Of a stretch of DNA of 64,000 nucleotides, positions 28,818 to 38,633 are shown in pieces. Position 1 is the stretch's first letter. The number at the start of each line of letters is the position of its first letter. The position numbers were made by a program, and so were the translations under genes. Source of the DNA: Planctomycetota bacterium (GTDB taxonomy: Bacteria; Planctomycetota; UBA1135; UBA2386); contig OZ245838.1 of assembly GCA_965228735.1 (NCBI GenBank), positions 4,448,001-4,512,000 of the forward strand. The letters run 5' to 3'. Below the pieces are notes generated by a model. That model did not search any database, was not told the DNA's origin, and saw only the letters and a program-made list of their open reading frames with translations.

Positions 28818-30019
28818 CATCCGCTCGCGCCCTCGTCGTGTTCGCGTTCCTCGCCGCGTGCATCGGCGCGCAGACCGAGCCCTCGACCACCGAACGCCCC
28901 CGCAGCAAGAAGGGGCTGCAGGTGCAGATGGTCAGCGACGCGATCGAACTCGGGATCGCACACGCGTGCCTCAACGTGCAGCTCGGACACCTCGTTCGCC
29001 GAGAGCGCGGGCGCGACGACGACATCGCGCTGCCTTCGGGCACGTTCGTGTCGGTCGACGCGCTGCGCTCGTTGGACCGGCAGGTCGCGCCGCTCACGCG
29101 CCACGGTGTCGAGCTCAACTTCATCCTGCTGGCTCGCGTCACGGGCGACGCGACGATCGATGCGCTGCAGCTCGACCCACGGTTCGACGACACGTGCCCG
29201 AACAAGCTCGGCGCGTTCCGCGTGCTCGACGCGCCGGGGCAGGAGCACTTCGGGGCCGTGATCGAAGTCCTCGCGCAGCGCTACGACAGCGCGAGCACGA
29301 TCGGCACGGTGCGCGGCTGGATCGTCGGCAACGAGGTCAACTCGCACTGGTACTGGCACAACCTCGGTGAGGCATCGGTCGACGACGTCGCCCGGGTCTA
29401 CGAGCCCGCGGTGCGGCTCGTGCACGAGATCAGTCGCCGCCACAACGACGACGCGCGCACCTACATCTCGCTCGAGCACCACTGGCACTCGCGGTACATG
29501 GGCGGCAACGCGCGGCGGTCCTGCGCGGGGCGCGCGCTGCTCGATCGCTTCGCGGCGTTGGCGAGAGAACGCGGCGACTTCCCCTGGCACGTCGCCTACC
29601 ACCCGTATCCCGAGGACCTGTTCGACTGCCGGTTCTGGGAGGACGAGACCGCGCTGCCGACGGCGGACACGCCGCGCATCACGTTCAAGAACCTCGAGGT
29701 GCTCACCGACTACCTCGCGCGCGCCGAGCTCACGTTCGATGGCCGGCCGCGCCGCGTGATCCTCAGCGAGCAGGGCTTCCACTGCAAAGCCGGCGAGCAG
29801 GGCGAACGCGACCAGGTCGAGGCGTTCCGGCGCGCGTGGGCCAAGGTGCAGGCGCTCGACGGCATCGACGCGTTCATCTACCACCGCCACGTCGATCACG
29901 CGATGGAGGGCGGCCTCCGGTTCGGGCTGTGGACGACCGCGAGGCGAACGCTCAGCTCGCCGGGCAGCAAGCGACCGCTGTGGGAGGTGTTTCGGACGAT
30001 CGACCGCGGCGAGAAGTAG
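28814..30019 (+). CDS. Secreted clan GH-A glycoside hydrolase-like protein (DUF5722-like)
   Basis: Signal peptide, WIVGNEVN (acid/base), AYHPYP, ILSEQGF (nucleophile). Confidence 0.8.
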   Translation: MTSARALVVFAFLAACIGAQTEPSTTERPRSKKGLQVQMVSDAIELGIAHACLNVQLGHLVRRERGRDDDIALPSGTFVSVDALRSLDRQVAPLTRHGVELNFILLARVTGDATIDALQLDPRFDDTCPNKLGAFRVLDAPGQEHFGAVIEVLAQRYDSASTIGTVRGWIVGNEVNSHWYWHNLGEASVDDVARVYEPAVRLVHEISRRHNDDARTYISLEHHWHSRYMGGNARRSCAGRALLDRFAALARERGDFPWHVAYHPYPEDLFDCRFWEDETALPTADTPRITFKNLEVLTDYLARAELTFDGRPRRVILSEQGFHCKAGEQGERDQVEAFRRAWAKVQALDGIDAFIYHRHVDHAMEGGLRFGLWTTARRTLSSPGSKRPLWEVFRTIDRGEK

Positions 30020-30033
30020 GCGGCAGCGATCGC

Positions 30034-31377
30034 TCAGCGACCGCGGCCGCCCTCACCCTCGTCGGGCAGGTCGAACGTCGCGGGCACGTCCTCGTTGCCC
30101 TGGACCTGCTCGGACCACGGCGCGTTCTGCAGCGCGAGCGGGCCGTACATGATGTCCTTGTCGTCCTCGGCGTCGTGCACCTTGAGCGTCACGAAGTCGC
30201 CGCCGAGCCGACTGCTGATGAGCATCTGCAGGTGCGGGCCGTTGAGCACCGGCACGCCGTCGACCTCGAGGATCACGTCGTTCTTGCCGATGCCGACCTT
30301 CTTCGCGACGCCGCCGTCGGGGGTGGCTTCGATCTTCGCGCCGGGGCCGAGCCACGCCGGCACGAACTGCACGCCGAGCCAGGCGCGCTGCAGCACCTCG
30401 CCCTCCTGCATGCGATCGAGCAGCGGCAGGATGTCGGCGATGGTCGTCGCGAAGCCGATGCCCGAGTCGTACCACTCGACGCCGGCGTTGCGGCCCGACG
30501 GCGACAGCGGCACGGCGATACCGAGCACGTTGCCCGCGACATCGATGACTGGGCCGCCGTAGTTGGCCGGTGACGTGTAGGCGTCGATCTGGATCGCGCG
30601 ACCGAACTGGCGACGCTTCGCGCTCACGATGCCGATGTGCACGGTCGGATCGTCCGCGGCGAACGTGCGCCCGAGCGCGAACGCCCACTGTCCGACCCTG
30701 ACGGTCGCGGGGTCGACGAACGTCGGCACGGGCAAACCCTCCGCCGCGATCTTGACGAGCGCGATGCCGCGGCTCGTGTCCTCACCCGCGCGCTCCGCGT
30801 GGAACGTGCCGTGGCCCGGCACGGTGACGAGGATCGTCGTCGGATCGAGATTGAGCGCGAAGCGCGAGATCAGGATCCAGCCGTCCGACGTGAGCACGAT
30901 GCCCGTCGTCCTGCCCTGCGTCTGCTGAAAGCCCGGCGCCTTGAGCAGCTTGGGCTTCTTCTTGTCCTTGTCCTCGCCCTTCTCGTCCTTCTTGTCGTCC
31001 TTCTCGCCCTCCGCGGGCTTCTGGTCGTCCGGCTTCGGATCATCGGGTTTCGGATCGGCCGGCTTCGGGTCGGCCGGCACGGGCTTCGGCCGCGGCTTGG
31101 GCGGCGCGACGCCATCCATCGGTCCGGCCTTGCCCATGTTGCGCCGCGTGCCGCCGAACGTCTCGACCGTCACGGTGAACGGCGCGGCCCGGTCGAGGGC
31201 GCGCTGCAGCACGGGCTCGAGTCGGATGAACTCTTCGGGGTCGGCGTGCTGCGCGTAGGCCACCGGCGCGGCGAACAGCGCCGCGACGCCGAGCGCCAGC
31301 CCGCGGTGTCCCAACCCGCGGTATCCCAGCCCGCGGTGTCCGAGAATGGGGCGCGAGAGCGCGTCGCTATGGTTCAT
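30034..31377 (-). CDS. Trypsin-like + PDZ (HtrA-like) protein, catalytic residues lost
   Basis: HtrA scaffold (VGQWAFALG, IQID, WLGV), but ILISRF replaces the His motif and PANYGGP replaces GNSGGP. Confidence 0.85.
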   Translation of the reverse strand: MNHSDALSRPILGHRGLGYRGLGHRGLALGVAALFAAPVAYAQHADPEEFIRLEPVLQRALDRAAPFTVTVETFGGTRRNMGKAGPMDGVAPPKPRPKPVPADPKPADPKPDDPKPDDQKPAEGEKDDKKDEKGEDKDKKKPKLLKAPGFQQTQGRTTGIVLTSDGWILISRFALNLDPTTILVTVPGHGTFHAERAGEDTSRGIALVKIAAEGLPVPTFVDPATVRVGQWAFALGRTFAADDPTVHIGIVSAKRRQFGRAIQIDAYTSPANYGGPVIDVAGNVLGIAVPLSPSGRNAGVEWYDSGIGFATTIADILPLLDRMQEGEVLQRAWLGVQFVPAWLGPGAKIEATPDGGVAKKVGIGKNDVILEVDGVPVLNGPHLQMLISSRLGGDFVTLKVHDAEDDKDIMYGPLALQNAPWSEQVQGNEDVPATFDLPDEGEGGRGR

Positions 31378-32450
31378 CTCTGGCCCTCCGGTCGCGCGGC
31401 GAGCTCCATGTCGCCGGTCATGATCTTGGTGCCGCGCTTCCACGTGAGCTTGACCGTGTCGCCGGCCGAGAACTTCTCGAGCACGGTGCGGAACTCCTTG
31501 CAGCTGCGAATGGAGTAGTCGTCGATGCGCACGATCAGGTCGTCTGGCCGCAGCTTGAGCTTGAACGCCGGCGAACCGCGCCGCACGCGATCGACGTAGG
31601 CCGGCGGCGACCGGCGCCCGGCCTTGTCGAACAGGACGACGCCGACCCACGCGGGTTCACCGGTCTTCTCCTCGACCTTGCGCCGCTTGCCGAGGATGTG
31701 GTCCTCGAGGTAGGGCAGCAGGTCGCGCACGGGGATCGCCGCGGAGAGCATCGTGTTGGTCTCCTTGCTGTCGAGCAAGCGCATGTTGAGGCCGATCCAA
31801 CGCCCGTCGAGCGTGAACAGCCCGCCGCCGTAGTGGCCCGGGTTGTTGCACGCGTCGGTCAGGATCAGGTCGCCGTCGTACTTCACGTCGTGGACGCGGT
31901 AGCGCAACGCGGTGTTCGCGCGGCCGTTGATGACGCCGAACGTCGCACTGAGCTTCTCGGAGAACTCCGCGAGCCGGAAGCTGTTGCCGACCGACACGAC
32001 GAACTGGCCGGTGCGGAACCTGCTCTCCTCCTCGGACGGCGGCCACAGCGGCACGAGCTTGCCGGCGACGAGCTGCGGATCGATCTTGAGCAGGCGGATC
32101 TTGAGCTCGGGATCCTCGGGCAGGAGCCGCGCCTGGTGCACCGAACCGTCGTAGAGCACCACGCGCGTGCGGTCCTTCTGCAGCAGGATCTGATCGATCG
32201 TGAGGATGTGTCCTTCGGCGCTCACGAGGATGCCGGTGGCGTAGCTCGTGATGCCGCGGATGCCCGACGCGCCGTGAATCTTCACGAGGCTCGGCATCAC
32301 GCCGTCGATGACCTTCTCGACCGCGGTGCGCGGCCCGCGCTGGGCGAACGAGTAGGCCTTGCCGAAGTCCTCGGTCTGGGCCACAGCATCGATCGACAGC
32401 ACCAGGACAGCGGCGATCGTCGACAGGAGTGTCGCGGTGCGGGCCATCAT
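31374..32450 (-). CDS. Trypsin-like + PDZ (HtrA-like) protein, catalytic residues lost
   Basis: GQFVVSVGN, TDACNNPGHYGGG (Ser to Tyr), ILTIDQ (no His), PDZ LRPDDLIVRID. Confidence 0.85.
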   Translation of the reverse strand: MMARTATLLSTIAAVLVLSIDAVAQTEDFGKAYSFAQRGPRTAVEKVIDGVMPSLVKIHGASGIRGITSYATGILVSAEGHILTIDQILLQKDRTRVVLYDGSVHQARLLPEDPELKIRLLKIDPQLVAGKLVPLWPPSEEESRFRTGQFVVSVGNSFRLAEFSEKLSATFGVINGRANTALRYRVHDVKYDGDLILTDACNNPGHYGGGLFTLDGRWIGLNMRLLDSKETNTMLSAAIPVRDLLPYLEDHILGKRRKVEEKTGEPAWVGVVLFDKAGRRSPPAYVDRVRRGSPAFKLKLRPDDLIVRIDDYSIRSCKEFRTVLEKFSAGDTVKLTWKRGTKIMTGDMELAARPEGQR

Positions 32451-34273
32451 TGCGGCCTCCGGAACGTCGAGTCCTGGACCTCGACTGCGGCGCTGCGCAC
32501 GAGCCGGTAGTCGAACAACGGGGTCTTGCCGTCCTTCACGACGAACAGCTCGGGGGCGCCGTCGCCCGCGACCGGCCCGACGTGGAACTCCATCTGCGCG
32601 CGGTGCAGCGGGTCGCGGAACGTGTATCCGATCGGCTCGCCCGTGATCGTCAGCCACGCCTCGCAGACGCTGCCGGCATCGCCGGGAATGACGAACCGAA
32701 AGCCCGGACGGCCGTGCACGTGCACGCCGCCGATGAGCTCCGCGTTCTGCAGGCGCTCGCGCACCTTCGCGGCCGGCCAGAGGAACGGATTGCTGCGCAG
32801 CTCACGATCGAGCCGCGCCTTCTCCTCGACGCCGAGCTGCCGCACGGTGTCGCCGTCGACCGCGAAGCCCTCGCCGCCTGCGCCGCGCACGAGCTGCAGG
32901 CCGCCGGTCGTGAGGTGCAGCCGTTCGCCGTCGCTCACGAGCTTCGTCGTGACACCTTCCCCGTCGACATACTCGAAGTGGCGTCCGCCCGGATCGTTCG
33001 TCGCTGGCGCCGTGAAGCGCGCCAGCAGCGCTTTCACGGCAAGCCGCCGGTCGATGCGGTTGGCCATGCGCGCGTCCTCGCCGTAGCCGTCCTTGCTCGA
33101 GCCGGTGTCGAGCACGGCCATCTTCACGGTGACGCGACGTTCGTCGCCGAAGCCGCCGGCCTCGAGCGACGGCCGGAAGCCGACCTCGACCCACGTGAAC
33201 GCGGGCAGCACGCCGATCATCGTCGCGAGCTGGTTGGCCGAGCGCACGTCGACGCCGTTGAACCACGTGATCTCGTCGCCGATCGACACGCCGGCCTCGG
33301 CGACGACCGCGTCGCGGTAGATCTGCTGCACGTAGACGCCGCGCTGGCGCTCCTCGCCCGTGCCCGAGTTCATGAACCACGCGCTCATGTCGAGCGTGCC
33401 GTGCTCGGCGTGGCGCCCGGCCATCATGTCGCCGAGGAAGTTCTTGATCTGGTTGCTCGCGATCGCGAACCCAACGCCGACGTTCACGCGGCCGCGGTCG
33501 CCGATCGAGATGCGGCCGTTGATGCCGATCACCTCACCCGCCTCGTTGAACAGCGGTCCGCCCGAGTTGCCCGGGTTGACCGGCGCATCGACCTGGATGC
33601 AGTCGGGGTAGACGAGCATGCGCTGGCCGCCGCCCGACTGGTACCGGTGGGTGCCCGAGACGATCCCGAACGTCACCGTCGGCGTGAAGTCGGTCGCGAG
33701 CAGGAACGGGTTGCCCATCGCGAACACGGTCTCGCCGACGAGCAGCGCGTCGCTGTCGCCGAGGTCGCAGTAGGGCCAGGTCTGACCCTCGTACTTCGGC
33801 ACGAGGCGCAGCACCGCGAGATCGCTGCCCGGGTCGATCCCGAGCACGATGCCCTCGTAGAGCTTGCCGTCGGGCATGCCGACCTTCTTGTTCTTGTAGA
33901 GGTCGGTGCCCTGCGGCCAGTGGTCGAGCCGCCACTCGTCCTTCCATGCTTCGACGAACTCGTGGAACTTCGAGTCGTCGGCGTCCGGGTGCTCCTTGCG
34001 CCACTCGTCGACGAGTTCCTGCGGCGGCTCGGGCGTATCCGGCAGGTCGTAGTCGTCATCGGCCTTGCCGACGACGTGGAAGTTGGTGAGCACGTAGCCG
34101 TGCGGATCGAAGACGACCCCGCTGCCGCCGCCCGGCGCGTCCATCGACATCACGGAGCACACCGCGGCCGCGCAGCGCTCCATGGTCTCGACCCGGCGCT
34201 GCTGGCTCTCGAGCACCGCGGCGAGTTCGGGGTCCTGCATGCCGCACAGGGCGGCTGCCATCGCGAGCATCAT
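32447..34273 (-). CDS. HtrA/DegP-like serine protease, intact triad, PDZ and C-terminal extension
   Basis: LTNFHVV (His), SDLAV (Asp), NPGNSGGP (Ser). Start is uncertain. Confidence 0.9.
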   Translation of the reverse strand: MMLAMAAALCGMQDPELAAVLESQQRRVETMERCAAAVCSVMSMDAPGGGSGVVFDPHGYVLTNFHVVGKADDDYDLPDTPEPPQELVDEWRKEHPDADDSKFHEFVEAWKDEWRLDHWPQGTDLYKNKKVGMPDGKLYEGIVLGIDPGSDLAVLRLVPKYEGQTWPYCDLGDSDALLVGETVFAMGNPFLLATDFTPTVTFGIVSGTHRYQSGGGQRMLVYPDCIQVDAPVNPGNSGGPLFNEAGEVIGINGRISIGDRGRVNVGVGFAIASNQIKNFLGDMMAGRHAEHGTLDMSAWFMNSGTGEERQRGVYVQQIYRDAVVAEAGVSIGDEITWFNGVDVRSANQLATMIGVLPAFTWVEVGFRPSLEAGGFGDERRVTVKMAVLDTGSSKDGYGEDARMANRIDRRLAVKALLARFTAPATNDPGGRHFEYVDGEGVTTKLVSDGERLHLTTGGLQLVRGAGGEGFAVDGDTVRQLGVEEKARLDRELRSNPFLWPAAKVRERLQNAELIGGVHVHGRPGFRFVIPGDAGSVCEAWLTITGEPIGYTFRDPLHRAQMEFHVGPVAGDGAPELFVVKDGKTPLFDYRLVRSAAVEVQDSTFRRPQ

Positions 34274-34337
34274 GACTGGGATTCGGGGGTTGGGCGCGCC
34301 GCCTCGCGGGGCGCGCAGCGAGATGGCCACGGCGCCG

Positions 34338-35588
34338 TCAGCGTCGCAGCACGCGGGCCTCGGCGAACGCGCAGTAGTCGCCGAGGTCGTAGTTCTTGCC
34401 GAAGTCGACTTCGAGCGCGAGGGTCTTGGCCTTGCCGAGCTCCAGGCGCACGCGCTCCGGCGGCATGCCGCGCGTGCGGCCGTCGGACTCGTACGCGACC
34501 TTGCCGTCGACGTGCACGCGGAACACGGCGTGCGCCTGCGGCCCGCCGCGGTCGTCGATGCCGATCGTCGCCTCGAAGACGTCGTACTCGCCGCCGAGGT
34601 CGAACGTGAGCCTGGTGTGCGGCACCATGCCGATCCCACGGCCGAACGTCTCGCCCGCGAGCTGGAAACCCGGGCCGGCGACGGACCGATCGACGGTCCA
34701 CGGCCACACCCGATCGAACGCGGGCGTCTGGGCGACGGTGGGCTCGAACTCGGACAGCCAGCGCAGCCGATCGCTCGCGACCGTGAGCCGCGCGAGTCGA
34801 CCGCTCGGGATCGCGACCTCGCAGCCCTCGTCGAGCCGCAGTCGCAGGTTCGCGCCGAGCGCGAGCAACCGGCCTTCGAGGTGATCACCGGTGTCACAAT
34901 CGATGGCGACGCGCGGCGGCGCCTGCTCGTCGGCTGCGAAGCCGGTATTGTTGCCGAAGACGATGCCGAGCACGTCCGCGAGTGGATACTCGATCTCCCG
35001 ATCGCGCAGCCGGAACAGCACCTTGTCGGCCTGCATGCCGGCGACGGTCACCTGGAAGCGGCGCTGCTCGCCGTCGCGTTGGACGTAGAGGAAGTCGCGG
35101 TTCTCCGGCGCGTCGTCGAGGTCGTTGCTGAACGACGCCGGTGCAGCGCGGCCCTCGCCGGCGTGCCGTACGGCGCGCAGCGTGCTGAGCGGCAGCTCGA
35201 GCGTGACCCCGACCGAGAGCTCGACGCCGAGGCGCGCGGGCTGCCCGCCGCCGGCCGCGATGCCGTGGATCTTCCGGGCGGCGAACTGCTGGCCCGAACG
35301 CAGCCACACCCGATGCGGCGCCGCCGTGTTCGCGGGCTTGACCGCATCCGGGGTGAAGCTCGTGACCTCGTCGAGCGTCAGCGTGACCGTTTCCCCCGCG
35401 GTCTGGACGGTCACGTTGCCGTCCCCGTTCGCGGTGAGCGTTCCCGTGAGCTTGCGGCCCTCGATCGTCTCGACGAGACCGACGGGGCCACCGGCGGGCG
35501 GCGCGGCCTCCTGGCTTCGCACCGCCCCCGCGACTACGGCGACGGCAGCGAGCGCCGCGACGGTGAACGCAGAACGGTCCGCGCTCAC
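34338..35588 (-). CDS. Exported protein with C-terminal NPCBM/NEW2 domain
   Basis: Signal peptide; GIGMVP..LTFDL, FEATIGIDD, L.LEVDFG, FAEARV. Confidence 0.85.
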   Translation of the reverse strand: MSADRSAFTVAALAAVAVVAGAVRSQEAAPPAGGPVGLVETIEGRKLTGTLTANGDGNVTVQTAGETVTLTLDEVTSFTPDAVKPANTAAPHRVWLRSGQQFAARKIHGIAAGGGQPARLGVELSVGVTLELPLSTLRAVRHAGEGRAAPASFSNDLDDAPENRDFLYVQRDGEQRRFQVTVAGMQADKVLFRLRDREIEYPLADVLGIVFGNNTGFAADEQAPPRVAIDCDTGDHLEGRLLALGANLRLRLDEGCEVAIPSGRLARLTVASDRLRWLSEFEPTVAQTPAFDRVWPWTVDRSVAGPGFQLAGETFGRGIGMVPHTRLTFDLGGEYDVFEATIGIDDRGGPQAHAVFRVHVDGKVAYESDGRTRGMPPERVRLELGKAKTLALEVDFGKNYDLGDYCAFAEARVLRR

Positions 35589-36631
35589 CGGCTGCCCGTG
35601 CCCGTGCCGAGCTTCTTGTAGTACTGCTCGAGCATCTTGCGGTACTGCGGCGGCAGCGAGTTCTGGATCTCGGCCTCGATCTTCTCGCGGTCGCGATCCT
35701 TCATGTCGCCCCACCGGTCGGCGAGCGTCGGCTTGGTCTTGAGTTCACCGACCGAACCGTCGCCCTCGGGGAGGCCGCTGCTGTTGGCCGGGTTCTGCGA
35801 CGGGCCGTTGCCCGACGGCGGACCGCTCGACTGCTTCTCCATCTCCTCGTACATCTCGATGAGCTGCTGCAGCTCCTCGAGGTACTTCTCCTGCTCGATC
35901 TGCACCGGCTCGTGCGTGCGCTTCTTCTTCAGATCGCGCCGCGTCTTCTTCATCCGGTCCGCGAGGTTGTGGAGCTGGCTCTCCTGCTGGCGCTCGAGCT
36001 CGAGCACCTGCTGGTGGGCCGCCGAACGGAAGCGTTCGCTGGCCTCGGGGAACCACTGCAAGAACGCCTTGAAGCGCGGGATCGCGAGGTCCGGGTACGG
36101 GATCTCGGCGAGCGACTGCGCGTAGTAGAACGCCGCTTCGGCATCGAGCGGCGAGTTGTTGATGTCCTGGCGGATGTATTCGCCGAGCACCTCGACGGTG
36201 CGCTCGGGGTCATCGCTCTCGAGGAAGACCTCGGCCAGGTGGTAGCGCACGTGCGCGCGCAGCAGGCCCTGGTCCGGCTTGGCGCCGGCCAACACCTGCG
36301 TCAGCGCGAGTGCGGCCTTCGGATCGGCGTCCTCGTGCAGCTTGACCGCCGCATCGAAGGCCGGCACCGCCGCGCGCACGAGCATGTCGGCGGCGGTCGT
36401 GAGACCGTATTCGTCGACATTGGTGCGGAACGTCTCGATCTGCTGCGCCGTCGCGCCGAGCGCGGTCGCGGCAGTCTCGAACTTCTCCTGGTCGAACGGC
36501 CGGAACGGGTTCTCCGCGATGGGCTGACCGGAGCCGCCACCCTGACCGCTGCCTTCTTGGGCGAACGCCAGGCCCGCGCTCAGCGTGAGCGCGAGCAGAC
36601 CGGTGGCGCACGTCCTCACGAGGAGGCTCAC
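35585..36631 (-). CDS. Exported TPR-like helical protein
   Basis: Signal peptide ending AFA, TPR-like helices, C-terminal WGDM...LPPQYRKMLEQYY. Confidence 0.75.
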   Translation of the reverse strand: MSLLVRTCATGLLALTLSAGLAFAQEGSGQGGGSGQPIAENPFRPFDQEKFETAATALGATAQQIETFRTNVDEYGLTTAADMLVRAAVPAFDAAVKLHEDADPKAALALTQVLAGAKPDQGLLRAHVRYHLAEVFLESDDPERTVEVLGEYIRQDINNSPLDAEAAFYYAQSLAEIPYPDLAIPRFKAFLQWFPEASERFRSAAHQQVLELERQQESQLHNLADRMKKTRRDLKKKRTHEPVQIEQEKYLEELQQLIEMYEEMEKQSSGPPSGNGPSQNPANSSGLPEGDGSVGELKTKPTLADRWGDMKDRDREKIEAEIQNSLPPQYRKMLEQYYKKLGTGTGSR

Positions 36632-38625
36632 TTGCCCTCCTCGGTGTGGTTCTCCTTGTTGAGCTTGACCGCGAGCTTGCGCATCAGCTGCTGGACGCGA
36701 CCCTGCTTGCCGGACAGCAGTCCGGCCTCGGCGTCGCCTTCGGCAGTGTGCTTGGCTTCATCGGCTTTCTCTTCGTAAGCCTTGGTCGCCTTGTTCACGC
36801 GTTCCTGGAGGTACTTCAGCATCTTGAGCTCTGCCGACACGGGCACGAGCGGCGGTTCCCCGCCTCAACCAGACCCCGTTCAACCACCGCCTTCTTTGAT
36901 CTCGATGGTCTTGCGGAGCGCGTTGATCAGGAGCTCGAGGGTGTCCTCGACCTCCTTCTGCTTGAGCTGGACGATCGTGCCGGTCTCGTAGGCGCGGCAA
37001 CGCGACGCGACGTCGTGCAGCTGCTCCTTGAGGTCCATGACGATCTCGGGGAACACGGCCGTGCTGCCCTCTTCTTCGAGCAGCTTGAGCGCGTCGCTGG
37101 CCTCGACCTCGAGGTCACCCTCGCCGGTCGCGACGAGCATGATCTTGTCCTTGAGCGCGGCCGGCAGCGACCCGTCGGCCGTGAGGACCGTCTCGCGCTG
37201 ACCGTGCAGCGTCGTCGTCGCGATCGTCAGCTCGCGCTGGATCGCGAGCATCGCCGTGAAGCGTTCTTCGAGCGCGCGCAGCACCTCGTCCTTGAGCTGC
37301 TGGCGCAGCTGGGCGAGGGCCTCTTCGAGCTCCTTGCTCGCGGCCTCGAGGTTCTCCTTGGCGTCCTGCTGGTCCTGCTTGGCCGGCTTGTACTCCTTGA
37401 GCGTGCCGGCGGCCGAGCGCTGCTGCGGCACGGCCTGCTGCACGCGCTTCTTGCCGGGCGTCGGCTGACCTTCGTTGTTCTCGTCGCCCTTCTCCGCGTC
37501 TTCCATCTTCTGGGAGAGCGTGTCCGTGGCGTGTTTGGTGTTCTCCTGGCGTTTGGCCAGTTCGTCGAACGGCAGCTTGTCGAGCTCGCGGCGAGCCTCG
37601 TCGATCATGTCGTCGAGTTCGGCGACGGTCTTCTTCAGGTTCTCGATCGCGTGGTCCTGATCCTTGAGCGCCGGCTCCGGCTGGTTGTCGCCGAGCTTCT
37701 CGCACGCCTGCCCCATCGCGCCCGCGGCCTTGCCGGCGCTCCCAGCACTGCCCTTCGACGGCTTGCCGGGTTGCGACTCGCTCGGTTCGCCAGGCTTGCT
37801 CTCGCTCGGCTCGCCGGGCTCGCTCGGCTCACCCGGCTTGCCGGGCTCACCGGGCTTCCCGGACTCACCAGCCTTCGGCTCGCCCGCCTTCGGGTCGCCG
37901 GCCTTGGCCTCGGCGTCGAGTTCGGCCTTGTCGGCCTCGAGCTCCGCGAGATCCTCGGCGAGCTTCTCGGTGTCTTCCTGCAGGTCCTTCTCCTGCTTGC
38001 CGAGCTCGTCGGTCTGGCCTGCCGCGGCCTCCATGCCGAGCTCGTTCGTCGCCGCGCGCAGCTCCTGCTGACGACGCAGCAGCTCGGCCGCCTCGGCGCG
38101 CTTCCGCTCGGCTTCCTTGATGAGCTCCTGCAGCGCTTCGACGCGCGCGGAGTCTTCCTTCTCCTCGCCCTGTTCCTGCGCCAGACGATCGACCTCCTTC
38201 TTGAAGTTCTCGAGCTGCGCGATGCGCTCGAGCAGCTTCCGCAGGTCGTCGTTGCGGTTCTGCAGGATCTCGTAGAGCTTGGTGAGCTTCTCGCGCACCT
38301 GGCCGATCTCGACGAGCGCGTCGTCCCAGCGCTCCTGCCCGAGCAGCGTGCGCACGCGCGCCATCTGCTCGTGGATCTTGGCCTCCTGCACGTACTGGCT
38401 GCCGGCCCGCAGGATGCTCGCGTCGGTCGCCGCGTTGGCGTCGGCGTCGTCCTTCTGCAGGACGAGCATCAGCTTCTGCATGCGCTCGGTGAGATCGCGG
38501 AACTTGGTCCGCGCCATCTCCTGCTTCGTGATCGCCGACGGATCCTGCGCCACGAGGGGCGGGCCGATCGGCACCATCGCCACGAACAAGAGTGCCGCTA
38601 GGGCGGCGATTCCGCGTTGCATCAT
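36628..38625 (-). CDS. Exported coiled-coil protein (DUF4175-like) with two in-frame UGA codons; candidate selenoprotein or readthrough product
   Basis: ORFs 36880-38625 and 36628-36846 share a frame and are separated only by TGA (36880-82), T-G-S-G, TGA (36865-67), G-G-E-P-P-L. The joined product is 665 aa. Confidence 0.7.
36828..36879 (-). promoter_or_regulatory. SECIS-like stem-loops immediately 3' of the in-frame UGAs
   Basis: ACGGG...GGCGG-GGAA-CCGCC...CCCGU after UGA1; GCUC-G-UGCC-CGUGUC-GGCA-GAGC after UGA2. Confidence 0.5.
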
Positions 38626-38633
38626 GGGGTCAC

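Noticed and set aside
36865..36882. Genome-wide UGA reassignment (to Trp or Gly) as the explanation for the in-frame TGAs
   Set aside because: Many genes here end at TGA exactly at their family C-termini (pdxS, lexA, lemA), often in ATGA/GTGA overlaps, and Trp is encoded by TGG. Any recoding must be site-specific.
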